Assembly: GCA_013285465.1 (NCBI GenBank)
Contig: CP053449.1
Span: forward strand, 1,445,540 to 1,509,539
Direction of reading: 5' to 3'
DNA length: 64,000 bases
Source: Pseudomonadota bacterium
Lineage (GTDB): Bacteria > Pseudomonadota > Alphaproteobacteria > Micavibrionales > CSBR16-224
The notes beneath the pieces are model-generated. The model made no database searches. It was not told the DNA's origin and was given only the letters and a program-made list of their open reading frames with translations. The translations under genes were made by a program, and so were the position numbers. Shown piece after piece: positions 16,004 to 33,573 of the stretch. The number at the start of each line of letters is the position of its first letter. The first letter of the stretch is position 1.

Positions 16004-18679
16004 ATGAAAACGACAAACGATATCCGCAAACATTTTCTGGACTATTTCAAAAAGGCCGGGCATGAAATCGTGCCGTCCAGCCCTTTGATTCCGCGCAACG
16101 ACCCGACTCTGATGTTCACATCCGCCGGGATGGTGCAGTTTAAAAACGTCTTTACCGGACAGGACAAACGCCCCTATTCCACCGCATCAACGGCGCAAAA
16201 ATGCCTGCGCGCGGGCGGTAAGCATAATGACCTTGAAAATGTCGGTTATACCTCGCGCCACCATACGTTTTTTGAAATGATGGGCAATTTCTCCTTTGGC
16301 GACTATTTCAAGGAAGGGGCGATCGAACATGCTTGGAACCTTGTCCATAAGGAATTCGGCTTGCCGAAAGACCGTCTAACCGTTACCGTCTATCATACCG
16401 ATGATGAGGCTTTTGACCTCTGGAAGAAAATCGCGGGTTTCTCCGAAGATAAAATCATCCGCATCGCTACCAAGGATAATTTCTGGTCGGCAGGCGATAC
16501 CGGCCCTTGCGGCCCCAGCACCGAGATTTTCTATGATCACGGCGACCATCTTTTTGGCGGTCCGCCCGGCACGCCGGAGGAAGACGGTGACCGTTTCGTT
16601 GAAATCTGGAATCTGGTCTTTATGCAATATGACCAGATTACGCCCTCGCAGCGCGAAGACCTGCCCAACCCGTCGATTGATACCGGCATGGGGCTGGAAC
16701 GCATGGCCGCCGTTATGCAAGGCACGCATGATAATTACCAGATTGATCTGTTCAAAAACCTGATTGCGGCCTCCGTTAATCTGACGGGGCAAGCCGAGGA
16801 CGGCGACCATGCCGTTTCGCACCGCGTTATCGCCGACCATTTGCGCGCCTCCTCTTTTCTGGTGGCGGAAGGCGTTTTGCCCTCCAATGAAGGTCGCGGC
16901 TATGTCCTGCGCCGTATTATGCGCCGCGGTATGCGTCACGCGCATCTGCTGGGGGCGGATGATCCGTTGATGCACCGCCTTGTGCCAACACTGGTCTCCG
17001 AGATGGGCGATACCTATCCCGAATTAAAGGAAGCGCAGGAACTCATTACCGAGACACTGCGCCTTGAAGAACAGCGATTTAAAAACACGCTGGAAAAAGG
17101 CTTGTCCCTGCTGGAGGCCGAAACCGCGAAACTGGGCGAAGGTGAAGCACTGCCCGGTGATGTTGCGTTTAAACTCTATGACACATTCGGATTTCCGCTG
17201 GATTTGACCGAAGATGTACTGCGCCGTGAACAAAACCGCGCCGTTGATAGTGAAGGTTTCGAAACCGCGATGGAAAAACAGCGCGAAGCCGCCCGCAAAT
17301 CATGGAAAGGCTCCGGCGAAGCCGCAACGGAAGAGCTATGGTTTGAAATCCGTGAAGAAAGCGGCGCAACGGAATTCCTCGGCTATGACTGCGAAGAAGC
17401 CGAAGGCCGGATTACCGCTCTGGTCGATGCCAAAACCGGCAAACGCGTTGACAGCGCCAAAACCGGTGACGAGATTTTCGTCATTGTAAATCAAACGCCG
17501 TTTTACGGTGAATCCGGCGGTCAGGTCGGCGATACCGGTGTCATTAAAACCGCAAGCGGTGCGGAAATCGCCGTTAGCGATACGCAGAAAAAACTTGGTG
17601 CAATTTTCGCGCATCTTGGAATCGTCAAAACGGGCACAGTCAAAACAGGCGAAAATGCAACACTGACAATTGACGCGCAGCGCCGCCGCGATATCCGCGC
17701 CAATCACTCGGCCACCCATCTTCTCCATGCCGCATTGCGCCGCCATCTGGGCACGCATGTCGCGCAGAAAGGTTCGCTTGTTGATAATGAAAAGCTGCGT
17801 TTTGACATCAGCCAGCCTGTTGCCTTAACGGATGAGCAGATTGCCGTGATCGAGGCCGAGGTCAATGACCGCATTCGCGCCAATAGCGAAGTCACGACAC
17901 GTCTGCTGCCGATTGACGAGGCACGTGAGGCAGGCGCCATCGCCATGTTCGGTGAAAAATATGATGACGAGGTCCGCGTACTGGCCATGGGCGGCACAGA
18001 CCCCGACCATCCGTCCAAAGCCTATTCGATGGAGCTCTGCGGCGGCACGCATGTGCGGCGCACGGGCGATATCGGGCTTTTGAAAATCACCGCTGAAAGT
18101 GCGGTTTCCGCAGGGGTACGCCGGATCGAGGCTGTGACAGGCCGCGGTGCCTTTGCTTATCTGACGCAGCAAGCTGCAACATTGCAGCAGGTCGCGCAAA
18201 ATCTGAAAGCCTCCCCTGCCGAAATTCCGGCACGTATCGAAACCTTGCTGGCAGAACGTAAAAAGCTGGAGCGTGACGTCTCCGATATGCGTCAAAAACT
18301 CGCCACCATCGGCGACGGCGGCGCAGCAAATAGCGGCGCTTCCGCAACCAAAGATGTGAACGGCATTCCCTTTGCCGCACGCGTCTTGCAGGATGTGCCG
18401 CCGAAAGAGTTGAAACCGATGGCGGATGCCCTGAAAAAGCAACTCGGCACAGGCGTCATCGCGCTGATCGCCGTCAATGAAGGCCGCGCCTCGCTGGTCG
18501 TCGGTGTCACCGATGATTTGACCGGAAAACAGAATGCCGTGGAACTTGTCCGCATCGGCGCGGAAGCCGTCGGCGGCAAAGGCGGCGGTGGCCGCCCCGA
18601 TATGGCGCAAGCCGGCGGTCCGGATGGCGGTAAAGCCGATGACGCCATCCACGCCATAGAAACCGCTCTTGCAAGTTAA
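16004..18679 (+). CDS. alaS: alanine--tRNA ligase
   Basis: 891-aa ORF with a canonical AlaRS N-terminus ([35 protein letters not shown]), the editing-domain HxxxH/CGGTH motif and a C-terminal DHHA1-like region. Confidence 0.97.
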   Translation: MKTTNDIRKHFLDYFKKAGHEIVPSSPLIPRNDPTLMFTSAGMVQFKNVFTGQDKRPYSTASTAQKCLRAGGKHNDLENVGYTSRHHTFFEMMGNFSFGDYFKEGAIEHAWNLVHKEFGLPKDRLTVTVYHTDDEAFDLWKKIAGFSEDKIIRIATKDNFWSAGDTGPCGPSTEIFYDHGDHLFGGPPGTPEEDGDRFVEIWNLVFMQYDQITPSQREDLPNPSIDTGMGLERMAAVMQGTHDNYQIDLFKNLIAASVNLTGQAEDGDHAVSHRVIADHLRASSFLVAEGVLPSNEGRGYVLRRIMRRGMRHAHLLGADDPLMHRLVPTLVSEMGDTYPELKEAQELITETLRLEEQRFKNTLEKGLSLLEAETAKLGEGEALPGDVAFKLYDTFGFPLDLTEDVLRREQNRAVDSEGFETAMEKQREAARKSWKGSGEAATEELWFEIREESGATEFLGYDCEEAEGRITALVDAKTGKRVDSAKTGDEIFVIVNQTPFYGESGGQVGDTGVIKTASGAEIAVSDTQKKLGAIFAHLGIVKTGTVKTGENATLTIDAQRRRDIRANHSATHLLHAALRRHLGTHVAQKGSLVDNEKLRFDISQPVALTDEQIAVIEAEVNDRIRANSEVTTRLLPIDEAREAGAIAMFGEKYDDEVRVLAMGGTDPDHPSKAYSMELCGGTHVRRTGDIGLLKITAESAVSAGVRRIEAVTGRGAFAYLTQQAATLQQVAQNLKASPAEIPARIETLLAERKKLERDVSDMRQKLATIGDGGAANSGASATKDVNGIPFAARVLQDVPPKELKPMADALKKQLGTGVIALIAVNEGRASLVVGVTDDLTGKQNAVELVRIGAEAVGGKGGGGRPDMAQAGGPDGGKADDAIHAIETALAS

Positions 18680-18704
18680 GTTACCGCGTTTATCTCCTCA
18701 GAAG

Positions 18705-18732
18705 TTGACATGATAGCCTCTTATGCTATGAT
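18705..18732 (+). promoter_or_regulatory. sigma70-type promoter candidate for 18890..19663
   Basis: TTGACA (18705..18710), a 16-nt spacer, then TATGAT (18727..18732). This would give a leader of about 150 nt. Confidence 0.4.
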
Positions 18733-18889
18733 GCGGCTGTGCTTGTTGGCAAGCCTGCTCGTTCGTGCAAAGATTTCATCGGCCAATATCAATAGATAAT
18801 GTAACCTTATCAAGTTTGTTATCTGATCAAAGTTTACGAACGCTAAAATATTCAGATAATCGGCTTGAGTAACATAAGGATATGTTATC

Positions 18890-19663
18890 ATGACACCTAT
18901 AAACTTTTTCAAACTCCAAGCAAAAAATCTTTTCAAAGATTATAAAACCCAAACACCTTATATTGATGAGGTGAATGGCCGCTCCTACTACAAATACACC
19001 CCCCAATATTTCGATATAGAGCGCATTTCCTTAAAATATGATTGGGATGAAGAAAATTTCAGTCTAATGAAAGCACAGCATCTCTTTGCACTTATGCTCG
19101 GATTTGACAAATGGACACATTTAGTGAAAGCCTCAGATGTAGAATTAGAGCTCACGAAACTATTATGGGACAATCAACATAAAATTTCCTTAGAAGACTG
19201 GCAGATGTATATTGCCAACGTAGAATTCGATAACAGCATTACTCTCAGCACTACGGATGAAATAGAAATCTTGAAACAAGTCTTTATTAATGTGGATGGG
19301 CATCACAACCCTTTTGGAGACTATCGCCTGAAGAAAAACCGACACCGTGTAGCCGAGACACCACAGCAAACACCCACGATCAGCACAGCTCCGCAAATTA
19401 CCTCTCTTCCCTTAGACCAGGCAAATCGTGCAGAATTCATCGAAGCAGCCAACAGAGTTTTTGAAGCCGTCATATGGCGAATGGAACCGAACAACCCGGA
19501 ACAAACACGCAAACTTTGGAACGCAGAAAATTATATTGATAACCTTCTATTGACTGACGATATGCTGCCCATCAGCAAGGACTATGCGCTATCATTGATA
19601 GATGCTTTTTTGGTTCACCATGTCCTTGATCTCGCTGTGCAAGCCGACAAAATGGCGGCATAA
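18890..19663 (+). CDS. hypothetical protein (AT-rich orphan)
   Basis: 257-aa ORF with AAGGA SD 9 nt upstream of the ATG. Composition is more AT-rich than alaS. No domain I can name. Confidence 0.6.
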   Translation: MTPINFFKLQAKNLFKDYKTQTPYIDEVNGRSYYKYTPQYFDIERISLKYDWDEENFSLMKAQHLFALMLGFDKWTHLVKASDVELELTKLLWDNQHKISLEDWQMYIANVEFDNSITLSTTDEIEILKQVFINVDGHHNPFGDYRLKKNRHRVAETPQQTPTISTAPQITSLPLDQANRAEFIEAANRVFEAVIWRMEPNNPEQTRKLWNAENYIDNLLLTDDMLPISKDYALSLIDAFLVHHVLDLAVQADKMAA

Positions 19664-19715
19664 TCTTATGGATAACAAATTACAGAATTAACTCTCTAAA
19701 TTTATAGAACAAGAC

Positions 19716-19755
19716 AAAAAGAAAAGACTGCGGACATATCCGCAGTCTTTTTTTA
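19716..19755. terminator. bidirectional intrinsic terminator
   Basis: Perfect 10-bp stem AAGACTGCGG/CCGCAGTCTT (19724..19733 and 19740..19749) with a 6-nt loop. An A-rich tract lies upstream and a T run downstream. It sits between convergent genes. Confidence 0.8.
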
Positions 19756-19775
19756 TTCTGATCTGTCAGAAGTAA

Positions 19776-20000
19776 TCAGGCTTCGCTGACACCTGCGGCG
19801 TCTTCGTCCTCATCATCTTCTTCCAGTTCAAGCGTACCGCTGGGATCTTGCTCCAGCAGATCGGCGACTTGCTCATAAACATCAGCATTGTCGTTCATCT
19901 GCTCTTTCAGCGGCTCATTCTGTTCGCCGACATTGCGGAAAAAACCTGCGGCATCGCGCAGAAGCTTTACAGCAAGATCGGAATAGGTCGTTGTTGCCAT
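19776..20000 (-). CDS. small highly acidic hypothetical protein (74 aa)
   Basis: ATG-initiated ORF ending in LELEEDDEDEDAAGVSEA. It is followed by the bidirectional terminator. Confidence 0.5.
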   Translation of the reverse strand: MATTTYSDLAVKLLRDAAGFFRNVGEQNEPLKEQMNDNADVYEQVADLLEQDPSGTLELEEDDEDEDAAGVSEA

Positions 20001-20197
20001 TGTCTTTATATCCTTTTATCCGTTGTTTTCGTGTCCGTTGATTACCGTTCCGGAACTCCTTGTCCTTTTCCAAGACTATCACAGGCTTTTTCCTCTGTCA
20101 CCCGCCCCCGCCAAGTTTTTTAAGATTCTCATGGATTATAACCGGATTCTTGACATCGCCAGCATTATGTAATATTGTATTTCCCTGAAACCAATAT

Positions 20198-20944
20198 ATG
20201 GATCAATGTAAAATGCCGACAAATGCCGGAGAAAATCCCGCCCAGTTCTTTTTGGATGCCGTAAAAAACGGCAGTAAAAGCGGCGTTGAGGCCGCATTGC
20301 AACTTGGCGTGCAGATTGATGCCCCGATCGACGGTGACCTGACGGCGCTGCATATTGCCGTACAGCAACGGGACTATGATATGGTTGTCGAATTGCTGGC
20401 GCAGGGCGCAAATCCCAATATTCCGGACAGTCTCGGCGATACGCCCCTGTTTCTGGCGGCAGGTTACGGCGAAGCCAAAATCCTGACAAAACTGATTGAA
20501 AAAAACGGTGATGCCGATGCATTGAACAGTAGCAAGGCGAATGCCCTGATGCGCGCCGCCTATCACGATCATGCCGAATGCTGCGAAATCCTGCTGAAAC
20601 ACATGAAAACACTGAGCATCGACCATCAGGACAATTCCTACAGCACCGCTGTCATGTGGGCGGTCATCAGCGGACGCACAAAAGCACTGGAAGTGCTGTT
20701 GCAGCACGATCCCGATCTGAGCTTGAAAGACGGGCAAAACCGTACGGCTTTCGGGGTTGCCTCATGGTTCGATATGCTGGATGCCAATAATATGATGATT
20801 GACCATCAGAAAAACAGCCTTGCCGTTGCTGCGAAAGCCGCTTTTTCCGCGCAGGAGGCCGCCGAAAAACAAGCCCGCAACGAAACCCAGACCAGCAACC
20901 GCGTTAACCGTCATGCCGCCTTGCGCAGCTATCTGCGGCGCTGA
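20198..20944 (+). CDS. ankyrin-repeat protein with the LRxYL C-terminal tail
   Basis: 248-aa ORF with 4-5 ANK repeats (LTALHIAVQQRDYDMVVELLAQGANPN, GDTPLFLAAGYGEAKILTKLIEKNGD...). Ends ..NRVNRHAALRSYLRR. Confidence 0.85.
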   Translation: MDQCKMPTNAGENPAQFFLDAVKNGSKSGVEAALQLGVQIDAPIDGDLTALHIAVQQRDYDMVVELLAQGANPNIPDSLGDTPLFLAAGYGEAKILTKLIEKNGDADALNSSKANALMRAAYHDHAECCEILLKHMKTLSIDHQDNSYSTAVMWAVISGRTKALEVLLQHDPDLSLKDGQNRTAFGVASWFDMLDANNMMIDHQKNSLAVAAKAAFSAQEAAEKQARNETQTSNRVNRHAALRSYLRR

Positions 20945-21035
20945 TTTTCCCTTTCTCCCCCCTTGCATTTCATATCAGGCGTGGTAAAGTGCCTCGTCAT
21001 TTCGGAAATATATTAATGCAATTAAGGAGCAGCTC

Positions 21036-21695
21036 ATGGGTGATATCAGTTTTGACTTTTCCAAGGAAGACCGTTTCCGCAAAATAACGTACGGAGCCGG
21101 TCTTGTCGGTGCCGTCGCAACAGGTGTCACAGCAGCTGTGCTTGGCGTTGCCGCAACACCGCTGGCCGCAGCAGGCATGATTGTCGCAGGCGGCGTTGCC
21201 ACGGCCGTTGTCCTGCCTGCAGCCGCAACCGCCGCTTTCGGCCTGCTGTACACCGCCGCAAAAACCGTTGCTGCCGTCGGCAGTTGCCTGACACCTTCCG
21301 GCTTTAAGAAACAGCAATTCTATGCCAAAAATCGCAATCAATCCGTGATCGGACGCATTATCGGCAAAGGCCTGAAAGCCGGGAAAGAAGCCGGCGGTAT
21401 GTCTTTGCTGCTGACAGCCGCTCTTGCGGGAAGTTCGGCCAAAGCCCTCTTCTACACGCCTTTCGTAGAACTGAAACAGGCCATCGGCAATCTCACCTCA
21501 GGTAAAGCCGAAGAGAAACCTGCCGCAACAACGCCTGCGACCCCGAAAGCTGCGGCACCGAAAACAAAAACGCAGAAAAATCTGGGTAAAACGGCAACGG
21601 AAAGCTTTAAGCCCGCGCCGAAAACGGCCAATGACGATCAGGCGCCGAAAACTGCTGCCAAACAGACGAAAAAGCGCGGCGGCCCGAAGAAATAA
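21036..21695 (+). CDS. membrane protein with long bilobed hydrophobic region and Lys/Pro/Ala-rich C-terminus
   Basis: 219-aa ORF with AAGGAG SD. Residues ~20-85 are an almost uninterrupted Ala/Gly/Val/Thr hydrophobic stretch, and there is a second hydrophobic segment (MSLLLTAALAGSS). The C-terminal half is a low-complexity basic tail ending KKRGGPKK. Confidence 0.65.
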   Translation: MGDISFDFSKEDRFRKITYGAGLVGAVATGVTAAVLGVAATPLAAAGMIVAGGVATAVVLPAAATAAFGLLYTAAKTVAAVGSCLTPSGFKKQQFYAKNRNQSVIGRIIGKGLKAGKEAGGMSLLLTAALAGSSAKALFYTPFVELKQAIGNLTSGKAEEKPAATTPATPKAAAPKTKTQKNLGKTATESFKPAPKTANDDQAPKTAAKQTKKRGGPKK

Positions 21696-21707
21696 CAGCG
21701 CCAATAA

Positions 21708-21736
21708 TTGACATAATAATACAAATATTCTATACT
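21708..21736 (+). promoter_or_regulatory. sigma70-type promoter candidate for 21768..22400
   Basis: TTGACA (21708..21713), a 17-nt spacer, then TATACT (21731..21736). The 14-mer TTGACATAATAATA is identical to 4742..4755. Confidence 0.45.
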
Positions 21737-21767
21737 CCATTCGCATCGTTGTGAATGGAGTATTTTT

Positions 21768-22400
21768 ATGTCCGAATTGCAAAAAACCGTGAATGAGCAT
21801 TTACGCGAAGCCGCGCAAATCGGCAATATCGCACTTATGCAGGACGCTCTGGATAACGGTGCGGAGATTCACCACGATCATGACAGCGCCCTGCAATGGG
21901 TCTGCTATAACGGTCATCGTGAGGCGGCGGAATTTCTGCTGGATAACGGCGCCGATCCGCACGCCGATGGCGGCAAGCCACTCAAACATGCCGCAGAACA
22001 GGGACGCTATAGCATTGTTCTGTTGCTGCTGGAGCGCGGAGCGGCATTCTCCACACTCAGCACGGCCATGCAGGTCAAATATGCCGGAGCTTTAGAAGAA
22101 AGCAAACTGGCGCAGGTTGAAGAACGGTTGAAAAATCCCTATCAGCTTTTCAACGACCATACCGTACTGAAATTTGAAGGCCGCATCCGCGAGATCGGCG
22201 ATCTGCATAAAATTTTTGATTTCTCCGCCCGTACCGTCACACAGATGGTCGGTAAAACCCCGGCAACACCGCTGCTGTTTTCGCAGTTCCGTGACAACCG
22301 TGACGAAATTATGGACGCCTATGATTGGCTGAAATCCCAAGATAAAAACCCTCCCGCCCCCTTCACCGCTGTACAGCGCAAAGTCAGACACAACCGTTAA
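21768..22400 (+). CDS. ankyrin-repeat protein with uncharacterised C-terminal module (pair 2, copy a)
   Basis: 210-aa ORF with ANK repeats (DSALQWVCYNGHREAAEFLLDNGADPH, KPLKHAAEQGRYSIVLLLLERGA). C-terminal NPYQLFNDHTVLKFEG...LHKIFDFSARTVTQMV...AYDWLKSQ. Tail ..QRKVRHNR. Confidence 0.85.
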   Translation: MSELQKTVNEHLREAAQIGNIALMQDALDNGAEIHHDHDSALQWVCYNGHREAAEFLLDNGADPHADGGKPLKHAAEQGRYSIVLLLLERGAAFSTLSTAMQVKYAGALEESKLAQVEERLKNPYQLFNDHTVLKFEGRIREIGDLHKIFDFSARTVTQMVGKTPATPLLFSQFRDNRDEIMDAYDWLKSQDKNPPAPFTAVQRKVRHNR

Positions 22401-22512
22401 TCCGGTTTTTTATTGCATTCCCTTATAATTTTTTTCATATACTGCCCTCAACAGGACAGTTTAAAAATCTTTAAAAAACAGGACGCTTTCAAACACGAAA
22501 GCGGCAGAAACA

Positions 22513-23136
22513 ATGGATCAACAATCCTTTTGGACTCTGAATCTGGTCAGATATGCCAAAATCGGCGATGTCGAAGGCATTCTCACGGCGCTGGAAAAAG
22601 ACGCGGATATTCATTATCAGGGTGATTCCGCCCTGCAATGGGCCTGTAATAACGGCAATTTTGACGCTGCCAAATGCCTGCTGGAAAACGGTGCCGACCC
22701 GCTTGGTCCCGTGCCGATCAGATGCGCCGCACAAAACGGGCACACCGATATTCTACGGCTGTTGCTGGAATATGGCGCAGACTACACCACCCTGCCCGAA
22801 GAGGAAAAGCTGCGGCATATGGAATTATTGGTCGCCTTTCGAACGGAAAGCAAAGAAAGACGCCTCGCCGACCCCTACCAGATTCTGAATGACAATGTCG
22901 TTGTCAAATTTGAAGGACAGGCGGAAAAACTGGGAGAGCTGTGCAAGATTTTTGACTTTGCCGCCCGCACGGTGACCCAGACTGTCGATAAACACCCTGC
23001 GCATCCTTTGATGTTTGATGATTTCCGCAATAATCGCGGTGAAATTATGGCGGCCTATGACTGGCTGAAAAAGCAGGGGAAGGATGTACCGCATCCCTTT
23101 ATCACCGGCAACACACGCAATATCCGCCGCCGCTGA
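22513..23136 (+). CDS. ankyrin-repeat protein with uncharacterised C-terminal module (pair 2, copy b)
   Basis: 207-aa ORF, roughly half identical by eye to 21768..22400 (DSALQWACNNGNFDAAKCLLENGADP; DPYQILNDNVVVKFEG...LCKIFDFAARTVTQTV...AYDWLKKQ). Tail ..NTRNIRRR. Confidence 0.85.
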   Translation: MDQQSFWTLNLVRYAKIGDVEGILTALEKDADIHYQGDSALQWACNNGNFDAAKCLLENGADPLGPVPIRCAAQNGHTDILRLLLEYGADYTTLPEEEKLRHMELLVAFRTESKERRLADPYQILNDNVVVKFEGQAEKLGELCKIFDFAARTVTQTVDKHPAHPLMFDDFRNNRGEIMAAYDWLKKQGKDVPHPFITGNTRNIRRR

Positions 23137-23529
23137 TTATTCCTCTTCCACCACCTGTTCAAGAACCGGCGGCGCATCCATACCCGTTTCCGGCTTTGGT
23201 ACGGCTTCCAGAAGATAAGTATAATAAATCAGCAGGGCCAGCACGATCAGGCTACGCGTCACCGTATCGGAGACAGGCTTGTCGTAGCGCAGAAAAATGC
23301 GGTGTACGGGCGGGAAGCAAAACAGCAAAGCCGTAATGATCGTGAAATAGCCGGTATAGCCCAGCTCTACCGGCGGATGATTGAAGAAATAATACAGGCA
23401 ATAGGCAAAAATACCCCACATCCATGCTGTGCGGAATTTATAGGCAAAACCTTCCGCAACCGCGCTGCTGCTCTCTGTTCGCGCGCTTTGGGATGGTTTC
23501 TCCGCTTTGTCTGTCTCTTTTTCTGTCAT
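23137..23529 (-). CDS. hypothetical membrane protein
   Basis: ORF 23137..23568 (TTG start) trimmed to ATG 23529 (MTEKETDKAEKP). About three aromatic-rich TM segments and an acidic C-terminus. Confidence 0.55.
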   Translation of the reverse strand: MTEKETDKAEKPSQSARTESSSAVAEGFAYKFRTAWMWGIFAYCLYYFFNHPPVELGYTGYFTIITALLFCFPPVHRIFLRYDKPVSDTVTRSLIVLALLIYYTYLLEAVPKPETGMDAPPVLEQVVEEE

Positions 23530-23630
23530 CACAGGAATTATTTTATGCTGAACGCGAAATTCGCGCAAATTTTTTCAATGACAAAGCCTTTCTTATCAAT
23601 TATATTACCGATGCTTTCATTATAAAGAGT

Positions 23631-23707
23631 CGGGGCGTGGCGCAGTCTGGTAGCGCGCTGCCTTCGGGAGGCAGAGGCCGGAGGTTCGAATCCTCTCGCC
23701 CCGACCA
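23631..23707 (+). tRNA. tRNA-Pro (anticodon CGG)
   Basis: 77-nt cloverleaf read by hand. Acceptor CGGGGCG/CGCCCCG, D stem GCGC/GCGC, anticodon stem CTGCC/GGCAG with loop TTCGGGA, T arm GGAGG-TTCGAAT-CCTCT, discriminator A, encoded CCA. Confidence 0.9.
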
Positions 23708-23731
23708 TTTTTTTCTCAAAGCTGACACACC

Positions 23732-24097
23732 ATGATCAAATCCACCAAATATGTGATTGCCGTCCTCGACCTTGAGGCTTCCGCGGAATATTACCAAAAT
23801 ATTCTGGGCTTTGAGGTGCGGGAGATCGGCGACCCCGGCTGGCGTTTTTTTGTCAAAGACAATTGCTGCATCATGGCGGGTGAATGCCCCGACGCCACCC
23901 CTGCGGGCGCGCTGGGCGACCATTCCTATTTCGCCTATTTTGAGCTGGATGATATTGATGCCTATTTCGAAACCGTCAAATCCGCAGGCGGCGAGATTCT
24001 GAAACCGCTGCGCGATGAAGACTGGGGCATGCGCGAATTTGCCCTGCGCACCATTGACGGTCACCGCATCATGTTCGGGCAGGAACTGGATTTTTAA
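23732..24097 (+). CDS. VOC (glyoxalase/bleomycin-resistance/dioxygenase) family protein
   Basis: 121-aa ORF with the typical paired beta-alpha-beta-beta-beta pattern ([20 protein letters not shown]...; [17 protein letters not shown]). Confidence 0.75.
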   Translation: MIKSTKYVIAVLDLEASAEYYQNILGFEVREIGDPGWRFFVKDNCCIMAGECPDATPAGALGDHSYFAYFELDDIDAYFETVKSAGGEILKPLRDEDWGMREFALRTIDGHRIMFGQELDF

Positions 24098-24135
24098 TCC
24101 TTGCCACCGCCCCGCCCTGTTTCTAAACTTCTCTC

Positions 24136-25008
24136 ATGTCTTACAGCGAAGGATATTTCTACGGGCTGGACAGCGCCGGATTTCATAAACTCGTCTATAG
24201 CGACTGGGGCGCGAAAGACGGGCGGCTGATGATCTGCGTGCACGGGCTGACGGGAAACGGCTTTGATTTCGATTACATTGCCCCTGCCTTGGTCGAAAAA
24301 GGCTACCGCGTTATCGCCATTGATCTGCCGGGGCGCGGACGCAGTGATTTTCTCAAAAACCCGCTGGATTACAATTACGCGCAATATTGCCATGACCTTG
24401 CCGGATTGCTGGCGCATCTGGGTGTGAACAAGCCGGGCAGCGTTGACTGGCTGGGCGTGTCGCTGGGCGGCTTGCTGGGTATGCGCCTTGCCGGTATTCC
24501 CTTTTCGCCGATCGGGCGGCTGATTTTAAATGATGTCGGGCCGGAAGTGCCGCAGCCTGCACTGGATTTCATTTATGATGTAATTTCCAGAAGCTACCGC
24601 TTTGACGATATTGCCGCGCTCCAGCAGCGCATGCGCGAAACCCGCGGCTTGTCATGGGGACCGATTACGGATGAACAATGGCGGCATATGGCGCAGCATA
24701 ATGCACGCCCATTGGAGGGCGGTGGCGTGACCTATGCCTATGATCCGAAAATCGCGGTGATTTTTGAAACCCAGCCGATCGGCGAGCTTGACCTGTGGCC
24801 GTTCTGGGATCATATCAAATGCCCCGTGCTGACGCTGCATGGCGGACAATCCTTTCTCCTGACACAAGAGATCATTGAAAAAATGCGCAAACGCGGCGGC
24901 GGCAAAAAAATGGATGTGATCAGCTTTCCCGATTGCGGTCATGTGCCTTCGCTGATGGCGCCCAATCAAATCACCGCCGTCACGGACTGGCTGGATAAAA
25001 CTCCGTAA
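24136..25008 (+). CDS. alpha/beta-fold hydrolase
   Basis: 290-aa ORF with the HGLTGNGFDFD oxyanion region, nucleophile elbow GVSLGG and a C-terminal CGH motif. Confidence 0.8.
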   Translation: MSYSEGYFYGLDSAGFHKLVYSDWGAKDGRLMICVHGLTGNGFDFDYIAPALVEKGYRVIAIDLPGRGRSDFLKNPLDYNYAQYCHDLAGLLAHLGVNKPGSVDWLGVSLGGLLGMRLAGIPFSPIGRLILNDVGPEVPQPALDFIYDVISRSYRFDDIAALQQRMRETRGLSWGPITDEQWRHMAQHNARPLEGGGVTYAYDPKIAVIFETQPIGELDLWPFWDHIKCPVLTLHGGQSFLLTQEIIEKMRKRGGGKKMDVISFPDCGHVPSLMAPNQITAVTDWLDKTP

Positions 25009-25055
25009 AAAAACAAAGAGCGGCAGTTTCCTGCCGCTCTCTATTTGTCTTTTTG
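25007..25055. terminator. bidirectional intrinsic terminator (hydrolase / rpoC)
   Basis: Perfect 10-bp stem AGAGCGGCAG/CTGCCGCTCT (25017..25040) with a 4-nt loop. An A run lies upstream and a T-rich tract downstream. It sits between convergent genes. Confidence 0.75.
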
Positions 25056-25064
25056 TCAGGCGTG

Positions 25065-33573
<8,509 letters not shown>

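Noticed and set aside
18721-18936. 71-aa minus-strand ORF overlapping the promoter, leader and start of 18890..19663
   Set aside because: It overlaps a better-supported gene start and its SD. It is AT-rich and low-complexity with no upstream signals.
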